Position numbers and translations under genes: made by a program
From: Tubulanus polymorphus
Taxonomy: Eukaryota; Animalia; Nemertea
Length of the DNA: 64,000 nucleotides
Assembly (NCBI RefSeq): GCF_964204645.1
Contig: NC_134025.1
Coordinates: 9,362,001 to 9,426,000 of the forward strand
Direction: 5' to 3'
Shown: piece after piece, positions 1-12,900 of the stretch
Layout: the number at the start of each line of letters is the position of its first letter
Numbering within the stretch: position 1 is the stretch's first letter
Notes under the pieces: model-generated
Databases searched by the model: none
What the model saw: the letters and a program-made list of their open reading frames with translations, nothing else
Told to the model about the DNA's origin: nothing

Positions 1-45
1 TTAAATCCTGTTTTTCCGCACTACATGGTTATCATAGTTACTTAC

Positions 46-3000
46 AAACACGATAAATGTTGTCGAATTTTTTCCGTGCGTTTGAACGGTTTCTAAGTCA
101 ACAAATGGAGCCTCAGTGACACCAGACGCAAAATTGAATGCCTGTTCGACACCAAAAAAATGAAATTAGGCTACATTTTACATGATCAATTTGAATAATG
201 ACAATTGGTCGAATAAATAGTTTCTTATTCTCTAAACATACAGACTTTTCAAACATGTATTACGTTGATATTGATGAATATGTAACCTATACCCACCACA
301 TACGGGCTTTGAGATAGCTTATAGTCAATACCAGTCAGTGTAGTAAATAATTTGTTAAGTTTTTCGCCGCGACGGCTTTCGTCCGAAATGATAGCCCTGG
401 AAAATTTTTAGAAAATACGCATATACATTATTTCTTAAATGCTGCTTTTGCAAAAGCGTGCGTAAAGCGTTAAAACACCTACCAGTGTCTCTGTTTTGTG
501 TATCCATGGTCAGAAAAAACCGATTCGGTTAACTGGATTGAAAAATTAATACATTGAAAAATTAGATACATTGTACTGATTTATTTCGAATCAACGGCAG
601 TTAAAATTGAAATTTCTCATACCTTTCTGTCGAGCACAACCAACAGCTTCCTCATGAATTTTTGATTGATGACTTTATGGAAATACAAGATATCCGGATT
701 TCGGTGGGCATACTCTACTTTATAAAATACGTATCCGCGGCGGTAGCGAGGAGCCAAAAAGCAATTGTAATCTGGATGCGAGGTAACACTATTTTTCTTT
801 AAAAAAAGAAAACAATAGAAACATAGCCACATAGTAGCTCATGGCAAGATTTTAAAGTATATATTTCTTTTTCTTAAGAAAACTTACTTTCGTCAACTTC
901 CCCGAACAGACTGATTCATAAAGGGCATTGATTTTAGCTTTCGGTACCCTTGGTTTTATCGGTATCGCCTCATCGGATCTTTTAGCCGACTGATAAAATT
1001 CCAAAGCCCTCTTTGCAGCGTTGTTCGTCGAATCTTCATAGAAATAGAAATATACGAATGGTGATTGGACTATCGAATATATGTGTTAGCGTAGCAAAAA
1101 ATATTTCTTCGTACTATGTTTCATACCTGTTTTCAGAGCCTTTTGCGTGAATTCCACGGCCTTCGCATAATTCCTATTCTGCGATACAAAATAGATTTCG
1201 ATGTTTCAAAAAGATCGATGCAAATCATATCAAACTGGTAAACCTTATTCTATCGATTACGAATACTCACTCGGTAGTAGATGGATCCTATTCTCACCAA
1301 TGCTACAACAGTCAGACGTTCTAACTTCGGATTTTCTCGGCCGAGTTTGGCAATGTATTCGTACCATTCAAGTGCCAGAAGATAGTCTTCCATGTCCAAA
1401 GCGCGCTGGGCGAAGATTTCGCAATCTTCAGGCGAAAGAGGTTCGGTAATGTTGTCACCGATCTTTCCCTTGGCCACGTCGTCCACTTTGAGGCCGTATA
1501 TCTGCTGCAAGCGCAACACATAGATAACGGTCTCCTCCAGATCCTTTTCGTTCGGCATCGATTGGAAAATGTTGAGTAATTTATCGAGTATAGCTGAAGA
1601 TTTTGAAGATAGTTATACAATATTAATATCTTAAACAGATAACGGTGCGAATGTCCATTGAATAGAAAGAAAGTTTCGGGAGGATATAATGAAAAGCGAA
1701 GGCAAAATTCAAGGGACTTGAAATTCCAAGGACTTGATAAGAATTACACAAACTTTCTCTACATAACGGTTCACGGACCCTTCTAGTTTTCGCAATGAGT
1801 TTTGAATAGACTTCATGTTTTACCTCCTCGACAAAGTCGATGCCGCTTCATTATTTCCCATTTATCGGTCCATTCTTTGACAAGTCTTTTCGTCAGAATG
1901 TACGCTCCGATAGGATGCGCAGTATACTGCAACATATGCTCCGAGGTATGTTCGTTCAGAGCTTGATTCGTTTCCAAAAAGCTACATTTTAAGAAAAACA
2001 ACCAAATATTATCAAACACAACTATCGAAAAACAATCATTCGTAATTACTTTTCTACAATAAAACCGAATCGAGTACAGCCGTGGATTTTTTGGGCGAGT
2101 GTAGGTCTCTGTCAGTCATTAGAAAAGCCTACGTTGGTGTAACTGCTAGCGACTAAGAGAGACCGTCCCTGAGATGATTCAGTATCATTTTTCATTTCTC
2201 AAAAGATTCTTTTCTTCATTTTTCATTTTCATTTCTCAAATTTTCCCAAAAGATTTTGAATCACGTATGGAAGCTAACTTAATATGTATCGAGTATAACT
2301 AATACTCATCAACTTAGAGGACTTTTACATCAACATCTACCCGAGAAAAAAAAACACAATAAACTATCGGACTATTTACACGTGGAAAACGACCAAAAAA
2401 ATATAAAAATGGACTAAATGATCTTCAACCTTGTAATATAGCTATTTCCAGAATCTCAATGTATTAAATTAGGCAACCAGAAAAATTCATCCCAATCAGT
2501 CGCTTGCCGGTTCAGTCTGAATGGAAGATTGTTTGGATGAACCGGAACTGAATTTCCAATTATGTACTTCGATTTGAAAATATTCTGTTAACTCGACCGC
2601 CGATCACACATCTATATCTGTACTTCGATTTCCGATTTCAAAATCAAACCCCCTGTATCGCTCCCGGCAGGTGTGGTGGGTCTGTAAGGGACACTCAATC
2701 GAAAAATCAAACAAAATTTACCAGCCAAATAAATGAATAATGGGGACAATCCCTATTTTAAAATCAAAAAATACTCACCGTTAATAATAAGCACCATTTT
2801 CAAACAATAATGAGCTTATTACAATAAAAAAACGACCATAATGAGTGATAGGAATATTGGGAAAATATGAAGAAAAAGAAATGATTTTAAAAAGGAAAAA
2901 GTCTACGTATAGTAGTTTTGAAAATATTCAGCGATTTACTTAAAACTAAGGCAAAATGGCTGAAATTATTTTAGATGTGTTCGAAAATGTGGAATGCGTG

Positions 3001-4006
3001 GGTCGATGTGGGTCGATTGAGATTGCAGTTTTCATAACTAACAATACCGAGAGGTGCTGCCGAGAGGTGCGGATTTCTCATACACTAATATCAACCACCC
3101 CTGGCAATCATTACTTTCGCTTTAGGGGTAGATTGCCAGGGACGGATTCTATTAGTGTATAAAAAATCCGCTAACGATGAGCATAGCGGCAGCACCTTAT
3201 CGCGTAAAAAGGATGATCGCCAGACTTTAAGCCGAGACTGCGGTCAGCGATGACGTGCAACTATTTTCTGTCAAGACTGCAGCGGTTGAAACTGCTTGCA
3301 ACTGGGAAGGTGATAGCATCGCAGAAAAAAGAACATATACGCGACACGGCCGTGACGACTCGTTGCAACTGGCGTCGCTTGCAATCGCAGCAGTCGATGT
3401 CGACTGACTCAACGCTGAAAATACTCGAGTTGCAAGGCTGATCCTACGCCCGTATTTGAGATGCGGATCTAGAAAAAAAATAGGAGGCTGGGGTCCAATT
3501 GAAAAGAAAGAGCATCCGTTGGATAATCCCACATAATACCACAAGCGGGTCCCATTTTAGATGTTTTTGACGAAATTCATCGACTTAATGATGCAATTTC
3601 TGAGAGAATGTGTATCAAATTCATCCTTCGGGATGAAAATAAACAAATCTACTGCGAAGTATCCACAATTAGGTACATTTTGCAAGGTGTCTAATACTAA
3701 CATGCTTGAGTAATTCAGAACTTTCAGATTTAATGAATAGACTTCTTATGTTGATATCATTAACAAGGCATACCTTTTGAGCTGTGTCATGTTTTTTACA
3801 TCATCGTCATCCCAATCAGTATCGAATCTTTCCGCGTGAATAAACAAATTAGAAAATGTTATCAACTCGTTTTCCATGTAAACCAGGCGTCTATTTAACA
3901 TTTCAGACGGCGCAATTTCTACCGACTGGCTCATCTGACTAACACACATTAGTATTAATCCGACCGCGACTGGCAACAAAACGAATTGTCGAAAGTCTTT
4001 CGCCAT
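46..4006 (-). CDS. Prolyl 4-hydroxylase alpha subunit-like protein, divergent and probably inactive; multi-exon, 3' end beyond the left edge
   Basis: GT-AG exons with matching phases at about 3774-4006 (signal peptide MAKDFRQFVLLPVAVGLILMCVS), 1824-1981 (HPIGAYILTKRLVKEW), 1271-1593 (PNEKDLEE..LRLQQIYGL..LSPEDC..YLLALEW), 1128-1178, 888-1033 (YESVCSG), 623-~795, 484-532, 296-396 and 46-141 (NFASGVTEAPFVD..GKNSTTFIVF). The order matches the P4HA N-terminal, TPR-like and dioxygenase regions. Confidence 0.85.
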
Positions 4007-4364
4007 TTTTGATGAAACAAAAAAAGGTTCGACCCCGCAGCGATTTTACGTGTACGGGAGTGCTACGTGTCCATAGGCTGTACGGGAATATGAAACTACT
4101 GGCTGATTGATTTTAGTCGTGGCTTTAGTCGTGATTTGGTGACAGATGCTGTTGAACAGAAATCGTCGTCACCACATGTGCCATTGAGATATTGACGAAG
4201 TACCATATTTCGATGTCATGCGTGTATTAATCTGCTCTTTGTTTCCAGATCTGATAACCGAGTGCTCATTATCGTTCAGGTCCCAATATCAACCTTTAGG
4301 GACGTCAAATGGGCGTTCAATGGATGTTAGAATTTAAGATTAAATGCAAATGCGCCCAAACTAA

Positions 4365-4505
4365 AAATCCAGTAAATTTTGTATTCAGTCTGGTTTTTGT
4401 TATAGAAACTATAAATCCAGTGTATAATTTTGTATTTCAGTCTTGTTTTTTTGTTGTAGAAACTACAAATCCAGTATATATATATTTTGTATTTTAGTCG
4501 GGTTT
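4365..4505. repeat. Degenerate minisatellite, about 3 copies of a ~50-bp unit
   Basis: AAATCCAGT..TTTTGTATT(T)CAGTC..GTTTTT..TAGA recurs three times in tandem. Confidence 0.75.
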
Positions 4506-5193
4506 TTATAGACAAATATACAAAAGAAAAAAGTCATGAATCTCCGTCTATGAAATTCCAAAGCAAATCTTGAACAAACAGCTCTTCTTATCTGCTTGTT
4601 TCGCCTGAAAAAAGTCTATTTGCCCGAACAATATTTGCTCAAGTCGAGTCTGAATTCGTTGTCTTGAAAATGATTAAAAGAACACATCTGAAATGAAAAC
4701 CCTGGGAAATCGGATTATTGGTAGACAATTACACCTGCGATTTTCCACTGTCGCGTGTCGTTGTATAGGTTGTTATATTAGGAGACATTAAGCGGAGTAC
4801 TGTCGCAGTATTGCAGTGCTAGTGCTGTTTGAAGAACCGGTATCCATAAACAAACCCTCTGTTTCTAACGAGATGGCTGCCGCCCAAACTAGAAATTGAT
4901 TGAAGCCTGACACGATTCGATTCTGATAATACTACTTCGATTATCTGAGGTTAGTGATTTAACGAATTTTCGATCAGTTATTAGTTCGGTTTATAAATGA
5001 ATTACCGGTATATCGGCAGTCAATCAATTGATAATTGTACATACATAACGTTAATATTGCTGACAAACACCCCTTGATATATCGTGGGAAAACCCTTTGA
5101 ATAATTCTGCTATATTGCTTTGTAATGGTTTTAGATGAATGTTAATTGCATGTCTGAAGACTTGATTACTGGAACTCGATATAGTGAGGACAA

Positions 5194-5997
5194 ATGACTG
5201 ATCATATCTTGTACAAAATTGATTCTATTCCAGACATCGATGGGAAAATGTCTGTGTACGACAGAAGTCGAGCCATGGAGGAGAGACAAAAACGGAATGC
5301 TTTACAAGTTAGAATGAAAAATGTGCAAGAAAAACGTTGTTTAGACGAAAAAGTCCAAAAAATGAATTCGGATCTCGAAAAGCAGGTTTTTTTAATTAAC
5401 AAGAGTATGTTCAATATCAGGTACGATATGAAAGATATGTCGGAAATACCTAGCAGCATTTTTGATGATATACCGCGTGATAAAGGTGCAGTTTTGAATA
5501 ATTCGTCGAAGAAAACGAAGAAAAATAGAAGGAAATCGGATTTTCCGAAAGATGATGACGTTTTAACGCAAGTACAGATTGTTGCGGAAGATGAAGTGGA
5601 ATGTAAAATGAAAAATGGCTTTTCACAAGAATCTACGAAAATATTGGACGGTGTTTCGGAGGTTGTCGAGGAGGGCGTGTGCAAATATAAAGCTTTCGAC
5701 CCAAACCATACGTGTTCGTACTTTCCGTGTAAAAAACCTGAAACATATTCGCATATATCTGACATCCTAGCGAATTCACGAACGCCAGATGACGACATAT
5801 TGCTAGGACAACCGGCGTATATGAGCAACAATAAGCTAAACGACACGCGAATAAAAGAGAAAGCGTTGAGGAGTATGATTAAAGAAATGAGACTGAAAAA
5901 CCAGGCTAATAAACCTGTAGATAGATGTACTAATTACGGGACTCCGATATCGTTTAGGAAAATGACGACTGTAGCGAGACCATCAGTTAGCGAGTGA
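5194..5997 (+). CDS. Uncharacterised 267-aa protein in a single coding exon, with a predicted N-terminal coiled coil
   Basis: 804-bp ORF in AT-rich DNA with a charged, helical-looking N-terminus. An acceptor (TTTTAG, ~5134) and a candidate 5'UTR donor (GAG|GTTAGT, ~4950) lie upstream; AATAAA lies at ~6397. No family recognised. Confidence 0.7.
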   Translation: MTDHILYKIDSIPDIDGKMSVYDRSRAMEERQKRNALQVRMKNVQEKRCLDEKVQKMNSDLEKQVFLINKSMFNIRYDMKDMSEIPSSIFDDIPRDKGAVLNNSSKKTKKNRRKSDFPKDDDVLTQVQIVAEDEVECKMKNGFSQESTKILDGVSEVVEEGVCKYKAFDPNHTCSYFPCKKPETYSHISDILANSRTPDDDILLGQPAYMSNNKLNDTRIKEKALRSMIKEMRLKNQANKPVDRCTNYGTPISFRKMTTVARPSVSE

Positions 5998-6961
5998 ATT
6001 CAATCCAGTTACCAGGATATAGTCCTTTCCCCGATATTTGACAACTTATTTGGAATCGCGTGGTAAATATTCCTTAATTTACTGTGCTGATGATTTTGAT
6101 AAGAAGGAAAATAAGAAGTGTCATTTATGAATGAAGTCAGTTCCTTACATCAGCGAGGTATAGTTTTCCCGAATTAAATGACGATTTAGTGCCATTTGAT
6201 ATTGCATAGTTAGTTACTGTTCAAATCGATCTGTTGATGTTGTTCATAATGAAGGGAATAAACAACCGAAATTGTTAATGAGTAAAAACCCAGTTAATGT
6301 CAGTCTACCCAAACTGAAATTGTACCTCACATGCGTATCAAAGACAAAGCTCTTTTCACTTTGCTCATTCGCTGTTGCTAATGGTACTAAAGATAAAATA
6401 AAACAAACAAATATTACTTATGAAATATGATTTATGAAATTTTATTATTTATAATCAGCACAAAAAATCATTTGAATCATGGACAAATACAAATAAAATC
6501 CTTAAATTATAAAGGGGTACGTATTCGGTTACACTTGTATCATATAAATCCGATTGCATTATAATTAAAATTAAAAAAAAAACTACTTACGTTGAAAAAT
6601 AGCATATGGCTTAAAAAGACTTTCATACAATCTTAAGTAAATTTAGAATAGTTAAGATATTTACATTGATTTTCATTGCATAACGAATACATATTTCAAT
6701 TAGAACATGTTGTTTTTAATAGGATTCAGTTTAAATAAATGCATTTCCAGTTGTCTATATGTGGCAGTACATATTGAAACATTTAGCACCGATTTATAAT
6801 AAAACAATAGCCCATGCGTACATTAATTTCTAATATCTATTTACATATTTTATCTAAAAAAGAAAATCTTATGATCTTTTGAAAATGTGATCGAAGTAGT
6901 GCAATACATTCTAATTACATGATGAGACTGAAGCGACTATGGAGAGTATGTTGATGATAGT

Positions 6962-9900
6962 TTATGATAGTTGGCCAGCAGCGTGACACGAAGCACAGCA
7001 GAATTTCGAGAAGTATTCATTATAGTTGCACAGTTTAGCACGAACGATAAGAGCACAGTTGGCGAATCTAGGCATATCCGTGCAGTCATCGGGCAATGCT
7101 GATTCTGAAATGAGAACATGATTATCTGGAGTTAAATCTTGTTTCATTTAATCAATTGTGGTAGCAATGGGAACCTTATATCACCAACCACCAATTACCA
7201 ATATAACATTCTGCTTAAGATAGCTTTAGATATATCAAAAATATGAAACCCATATGAAACAAATATGAAACTAGATACTATGGGTAAGATTTGCTTACTT
7301 ACATATTCTTATTTATCTACTTATTAACTTACATACTTATTGATTTATTTACTTATAAATTCATCAACGTATAACTGAGCTTGCTTTTCTGGATTAACAA
7401 TTAAGTTTGCCAGTACTTACTATCTTTCTCAACTTGAAATGAAGTGACAGTTTCGAGCGTCTCCAAGCTGTTCGACACTTTGCAAGTGTAATCACCAGCA
7501 TCGTCTTCTGTGACGTTGTAGAGATTGATAACACCTCGAGACGACTGAACCAGAGTTGTCACGTCTCCTTCGCTATTCATCCTATACCAGGTTATCTCCG
7601 GAACCGGATAACCAGTCACGTTACAGGTCAACGTAACTTCGGAACCTTCGACGTACGAGGTATTGTGGACACCGATGAATGCATGAAGCGGAGCTGAAAT
7701 ACAGATAGTATTGAGTATCGCATAAGAATCGATATCGCTTTAACATACGAAAATAACAAATGACTCGCATACCTGAAACTGTTAGTGAAACTAATTGTCT
7801 CTGCACTTCGCCAACTCCGTTATAAGCTTCACATATGTATTCACCTTCATCGTCGACTTCTACGCTTTGTATCTTAAGAGAGTTATTCGCTAATTTGTAA
7901 ACCCGCTCTCCCCATTTACCAGAGACTGTCTGATAGTTGTGTAACCATCGTATTTGTGGTCGTGGAACGCCACTAGCCGGGCAATCTAATACGACTCTAT
8001 TACGCGGTGCGGCTGATAGTGTCAACTGCATTTCACCGATCTTTGTGGGTACTGTGACAAAAGACAGAAAACAGGAAATTTCGTAATGTTTACAGCTCCA
8101 AAAGGAATAAGCAGCGATACTATACTAATCTATGAAAACCTAGGTCAAGTTTACATTAAGCAAATTATTTCAGTCTTAATGTACGTACCTTGAACGATGA
8201 GTCCGATGTTCTTCGTATCAGGTTTACCCACACCATTAGCCGCCCTGCATGTGTAGAATCCTGCGTCCGATGTGCTTACTTCAGATATTTGCAGAGATCC
8301 ACCTTTCAGTTTCTTGTAATAACTACCTGTCATCATTACTATCGGAATACTGAAATAAAGAAATCGAAAATTAAAGTGATCAGAAACCCGAAACCCGACT
8401 TCTAAAATTATTATAAGATTCTACTTACCCGTCTTTGTACCAAGTGATCATAGGTCTCGGGGCTCCAATCGCCTGACATGGTAATACTACCACTTGATTC
8501 ATTACTGTTAGGATACTTTTTTCTGTCTCTGATATGATAGTAGGGGCTTTTTCTGGGGAAAGGTTGAAAATAAAAGAAAGACGTTTTTAGTCCTATGGAT
8601 TGAGTAAGTTGATGAGTAATCATCAGTCTTTCTTAGATACCTGGACAGCCACGTAGATTATATCCGCTAGCAGCAGTTTTTCCATCCAAACAACATCCAT
8701 AGATTGACCTCTTACAGATCTCTTGTTCTTCCACTTGCCGGGTGAGATTCTCTGTTTGAAATATAGCAAAAAATTGATTCAGTTATTAGCTTTTAGAAAA
8801 TATATTTCATTTACTTCAGAACCTGAAAATACTTACTTATCATGAGAGAAGGCATGCAAACATTTCCACATCCATTCGAACAACATTTTCCATCTCCAGC
8901 GCATTCTGCATCGCTCAAACACAGCAAAGCACACATACCCACATTATCAGCTTCTAATGGAGGACATTTTCCTGGTTTTACCTCTGAAAAGGAATTTACA
9001 GTCATAAGTTAAACTATCCGCTTTTAACTTACAGAACATGGTACAGAACACACAAAATACAGAACTTAAACCTAAAGAATATTCCAAAATTCTTCACATA
9101 TTACGATGGTACATGTAGTTGACTAATTTTCAAAGTGGCGCCAGCATAAATTTTGTAATAACCATCATACAGCAACTTACTCAATCTACAAACAGCCTTC
9201 GGAGCAGGACATGGTTCCTTAAGACATTGATATATTTCTACAGCACATTGTTCGTTGTGGTGACAGACTACAGTGGAACATGGGTCATGACATCTGCAAG
9301 TGTTACATCCTTCTTCCTGTACATAGCCATATGGACAAAGCATATTGCACTCAAGAGTAGGACACGGTGCTGAAAAACAGTGTCATAGAAAATTTCATCC
9401 AGTAAGTTGAAGTCAACTTAAACTTGGAAAATCTTAGTTCTTAGCAAAACAAATATATTATCCAATCTATACCTGTAGTTGATATACCATTTTTGGGGAT
9501 AGACCGAGATTGGCATGACTTGCGACATTCTCTTTCTGACATAAATCTGTTCTTGTTTCCATGGCAGCCTCCAAACATGAACTGTTTACAAATACCAGAC
9601 CTCGCATCGAAGTACCACCTCGGAATATATTTGTGACACGGACCAATTGCTTTCGGAAGTTGGCAAACATCTACCGCAAAATGAAAGGTTTTTGTCAGAA
9701 ATTTTACAAAAATATTCTACAAGTGAAGGTAAATTCGTGATAAAATTACCTGTTATATGCTGGCTAGCGCATGAAGTTCGACATTCTTTGTAAGTTTTAA
9801 ATTGGTTTCCATTGCCATTACATCCAGTATAGTTGAATTCCTCACAAATTCCTGACATGTAATTAAAGTACCACCTCGGCAATGATTCTCCACAGGTACC

Positions 9901-12900
9901 AGCTGACATGGGTAGATGACAAATGTCTGTAAAATGAAATTTCAAGGAATGCCTTAGAAAATCTAGTAGGATTGACCAAATCATTTCAACGCTGTGAAAT
10001 TTACCTTGAATAACAGGAACAAGACTATCGTCTGCTAAGCAAGCGACTGAACATTCAGCTTCCGTTTGGAAACGATTTTCATTTCCCGGGCAGCCACCAT
10101 AGAAGAACTTCTTGCAGCTTTTTGTTGAGTGATCATGGTACCATCTGATAAGTAAGGCTTTGCATGGGCCAGGATCTTTCGGTAGGTGACAAATTTCAGC
10201 CACTAAAGGCGAAACAAAGATTATGAATGGTTACAGAATACAGGTATCAGAATAATGTTTTAAAAGTAAAAAGTGTGTTTACTCACATTTTTTTTTTCGT
10301 TCCACACATATTTGTTTACATTCATCAACTGTGTCGAAGATATTGGCATTTCCTTGACAACCGCCATAAGTAAACTGTTTACAAGTCTGGTCCACCCTAT
10401 CGTAATACCATCGTGCGAGCGTCCCATCGCATGGTCCCGAATCAACCGATTCAGAGCACAAATCAAACGCTGAAATTGATTAATGCACCGGTTTATTTTC
10501 ATCTAAATCTGTTGATAACCATGTGTTATCAATCGCAGTCTAAATATTCTTACCCAATAGACCAGTTGAGGTTTTGTTATTCGGAATATCTAACGTTGAT
10601 GTTACCAAGTCTGGTGCTGATGTCGTTGAACTCAAACACTTCTGTTCACATTCCTGCCACGATGAAAATCGGTTCTTGTTGCCACCGCACCCGCTGTACA
10701 AGAATCTGCGACAAGTTTTACCGGAATCATCAAAATACCACGCCGGATGGAAGCCATTACATGGGCCTTCATCTCGTCTAAGCGTACATATATCTTGAAA
10801 AAAAGAAAATTCATGTAAGTCAATTTGATCAAATATTCATGGCATGTTTCAGGATAATTCATACAACAGTCAACACAAACCTTGAAGAGTAGTAGATACA
10901 GCAGGCGGCTCTGGAGTAGTGGGAATGCTCAGTGTGCTGATTTCCACTGTTGGACACATTGTTTTACATTGTTCCTCAGTGAAGAATCTTTAAACAATTA
11001 CACAATTAGTTACAAATATGAAACAAAACGCTTAAGACTAAAACATAGGCAAACAAATGTCTACCTGTTAGCATTACCACTACAGCCTCCATATTGAAAC
11101 TGTTTACATCGTCCTTCAATGCGATCAAAATACCATCTTCGAAGTTGCCCGATACATGGACCAGGTTCGACTTTTAACGTACAAATAGCATCTTGAGTGG
11201 CTGGAATAGTGCATAGTATGATAATTACCCGGTATTGTTTTTTTAAATTTTATGTTACGTAACATAATTTTCAAACTTTTATGGAAAACGACAGGAAATT
11301 TAGACGTATGTACAAACCTGGTTTAGTATTCAAGTCTTCGACTCCACAGCGATGTTTACAATCGGTCTCTGTCTCGAAATTGTTTCCATTTCCGCCACAT
11401 CCGCCGTACGTGAACTTCACGCATTTACTTTGCGCGTGATCATATAACCAGCGACGAAGGTATGCTCGACACGGACCGGTCTGCTCTGGTAATTTACATA
11501 CATCTAAAACAATTGAGAAAATCATTGACACAAAATATAAATCAGATTGAGAGAAAAATACTGGAATTGTTACTGGTAGATTTTTTCTTTACCTTTTGAT
11601 GGTTTACATTCATTTTCACAGATGTCTTTTGAATTGAAATTGTTGTCATTTCCTCCACAGCCTCCGTAATTAAATGGCTGGCATTCCTTGATTTCAGCAT
11701 TATAAAACCATTGTTTGTACGTCTCCGTACATGGACCTTCTTCCATGGGTAGATCGCAAATGGCTGAAGAAAACATGAGATGTGTTTGCTAGTTTTTCAC
11801 ATTTTGAAATAACATCACTCCTGTAACTCTTACCCGATGTATCATTATCCATTTTCCTTTCTTCTCTACCACATCGATTTTCGCATTCACTCAAAGAGAA
11901 GAACTGATTGGCATTACCCTTGCATCCACTGTATGAAAATTCCTCGCACTTACTGCTGATTTGGTCGTAGTACCAACGTTTGAAACTGCCTTTACATGGA
12001 CCAGAGACTTTTGGTAAAGTGCAAGCATCTAGATGGTGTAGAAATACATTTGGTTTAACACAGATACCGATACGCACAAATACAGATATGCCCTGAATGT
12101 TCCTTCTTACCTTGTTGTTTTGGTAGAACGCATCTTTTTTCACAGTCGTCAGAAGCTTCAAAGCGATTATCATTACCATTACATCCACTGTACCTAAACA
12201 GTTCACATGAGCCTGTATCCGAATCATAGAAATAACTAGGAATACTGTTCTTGCAATCGCCGATCTTCGGTGGCAAGTGGCAAATATCTAAAACAAGAAA
12301 ATTATGATTAATCCGTTTAATATAATGATTTGGAATAGACCAAAGGAGCGATATGCTATTCTATAGGAAACTAAGACCTAAGATTTACTTACCAATACCT
12401 TCCGGGTGTAGACAACTCGACTGACACTCAAGTTTACCAGGGAACCTGTTGAGATTTCCTTCACATCCACCATACCAAAATCGTGTGCAGTCCCCATAGT
12501 ACATGTCGTAATACCACATGACTGAGAAATTACGACAAGGACCAGTTTGACTCGGTAATCCGCATATATCTACAGTTGACAATAATTAGATTAGATTCAA
12601 GGCCACAATAAAGGCTTTAGCACATAGAGAAAGTCAAAACTCACCTCCTAAAGATGCTACGCCAGGGCATCCTACATAATTGGGTCCATCAGCAGCTTGG
12701 TCTAAACCAGGACAGCAACCAAACTCTTGAATTTTACAGTCTCCACCGCAGTCTTTATAATTGGGACCAGCAGCTGCAGTTTGTCCATCCATACAGCAAC
12801 CAAACTGTGATTTCAAACATGCAGGCTCATTTTCATTGGCACAACCTTCATATTCGTACCCTTGAGCTGGAGTTTCACCATCAAGACAGCATCCATATAG

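Noticed and set aside
5202-5846. 214-aa antisense ORF
   Set aside because: It is the in-register shadow of the plus-strand ORF, with a Ser/Phe-rich composition and no independent support.
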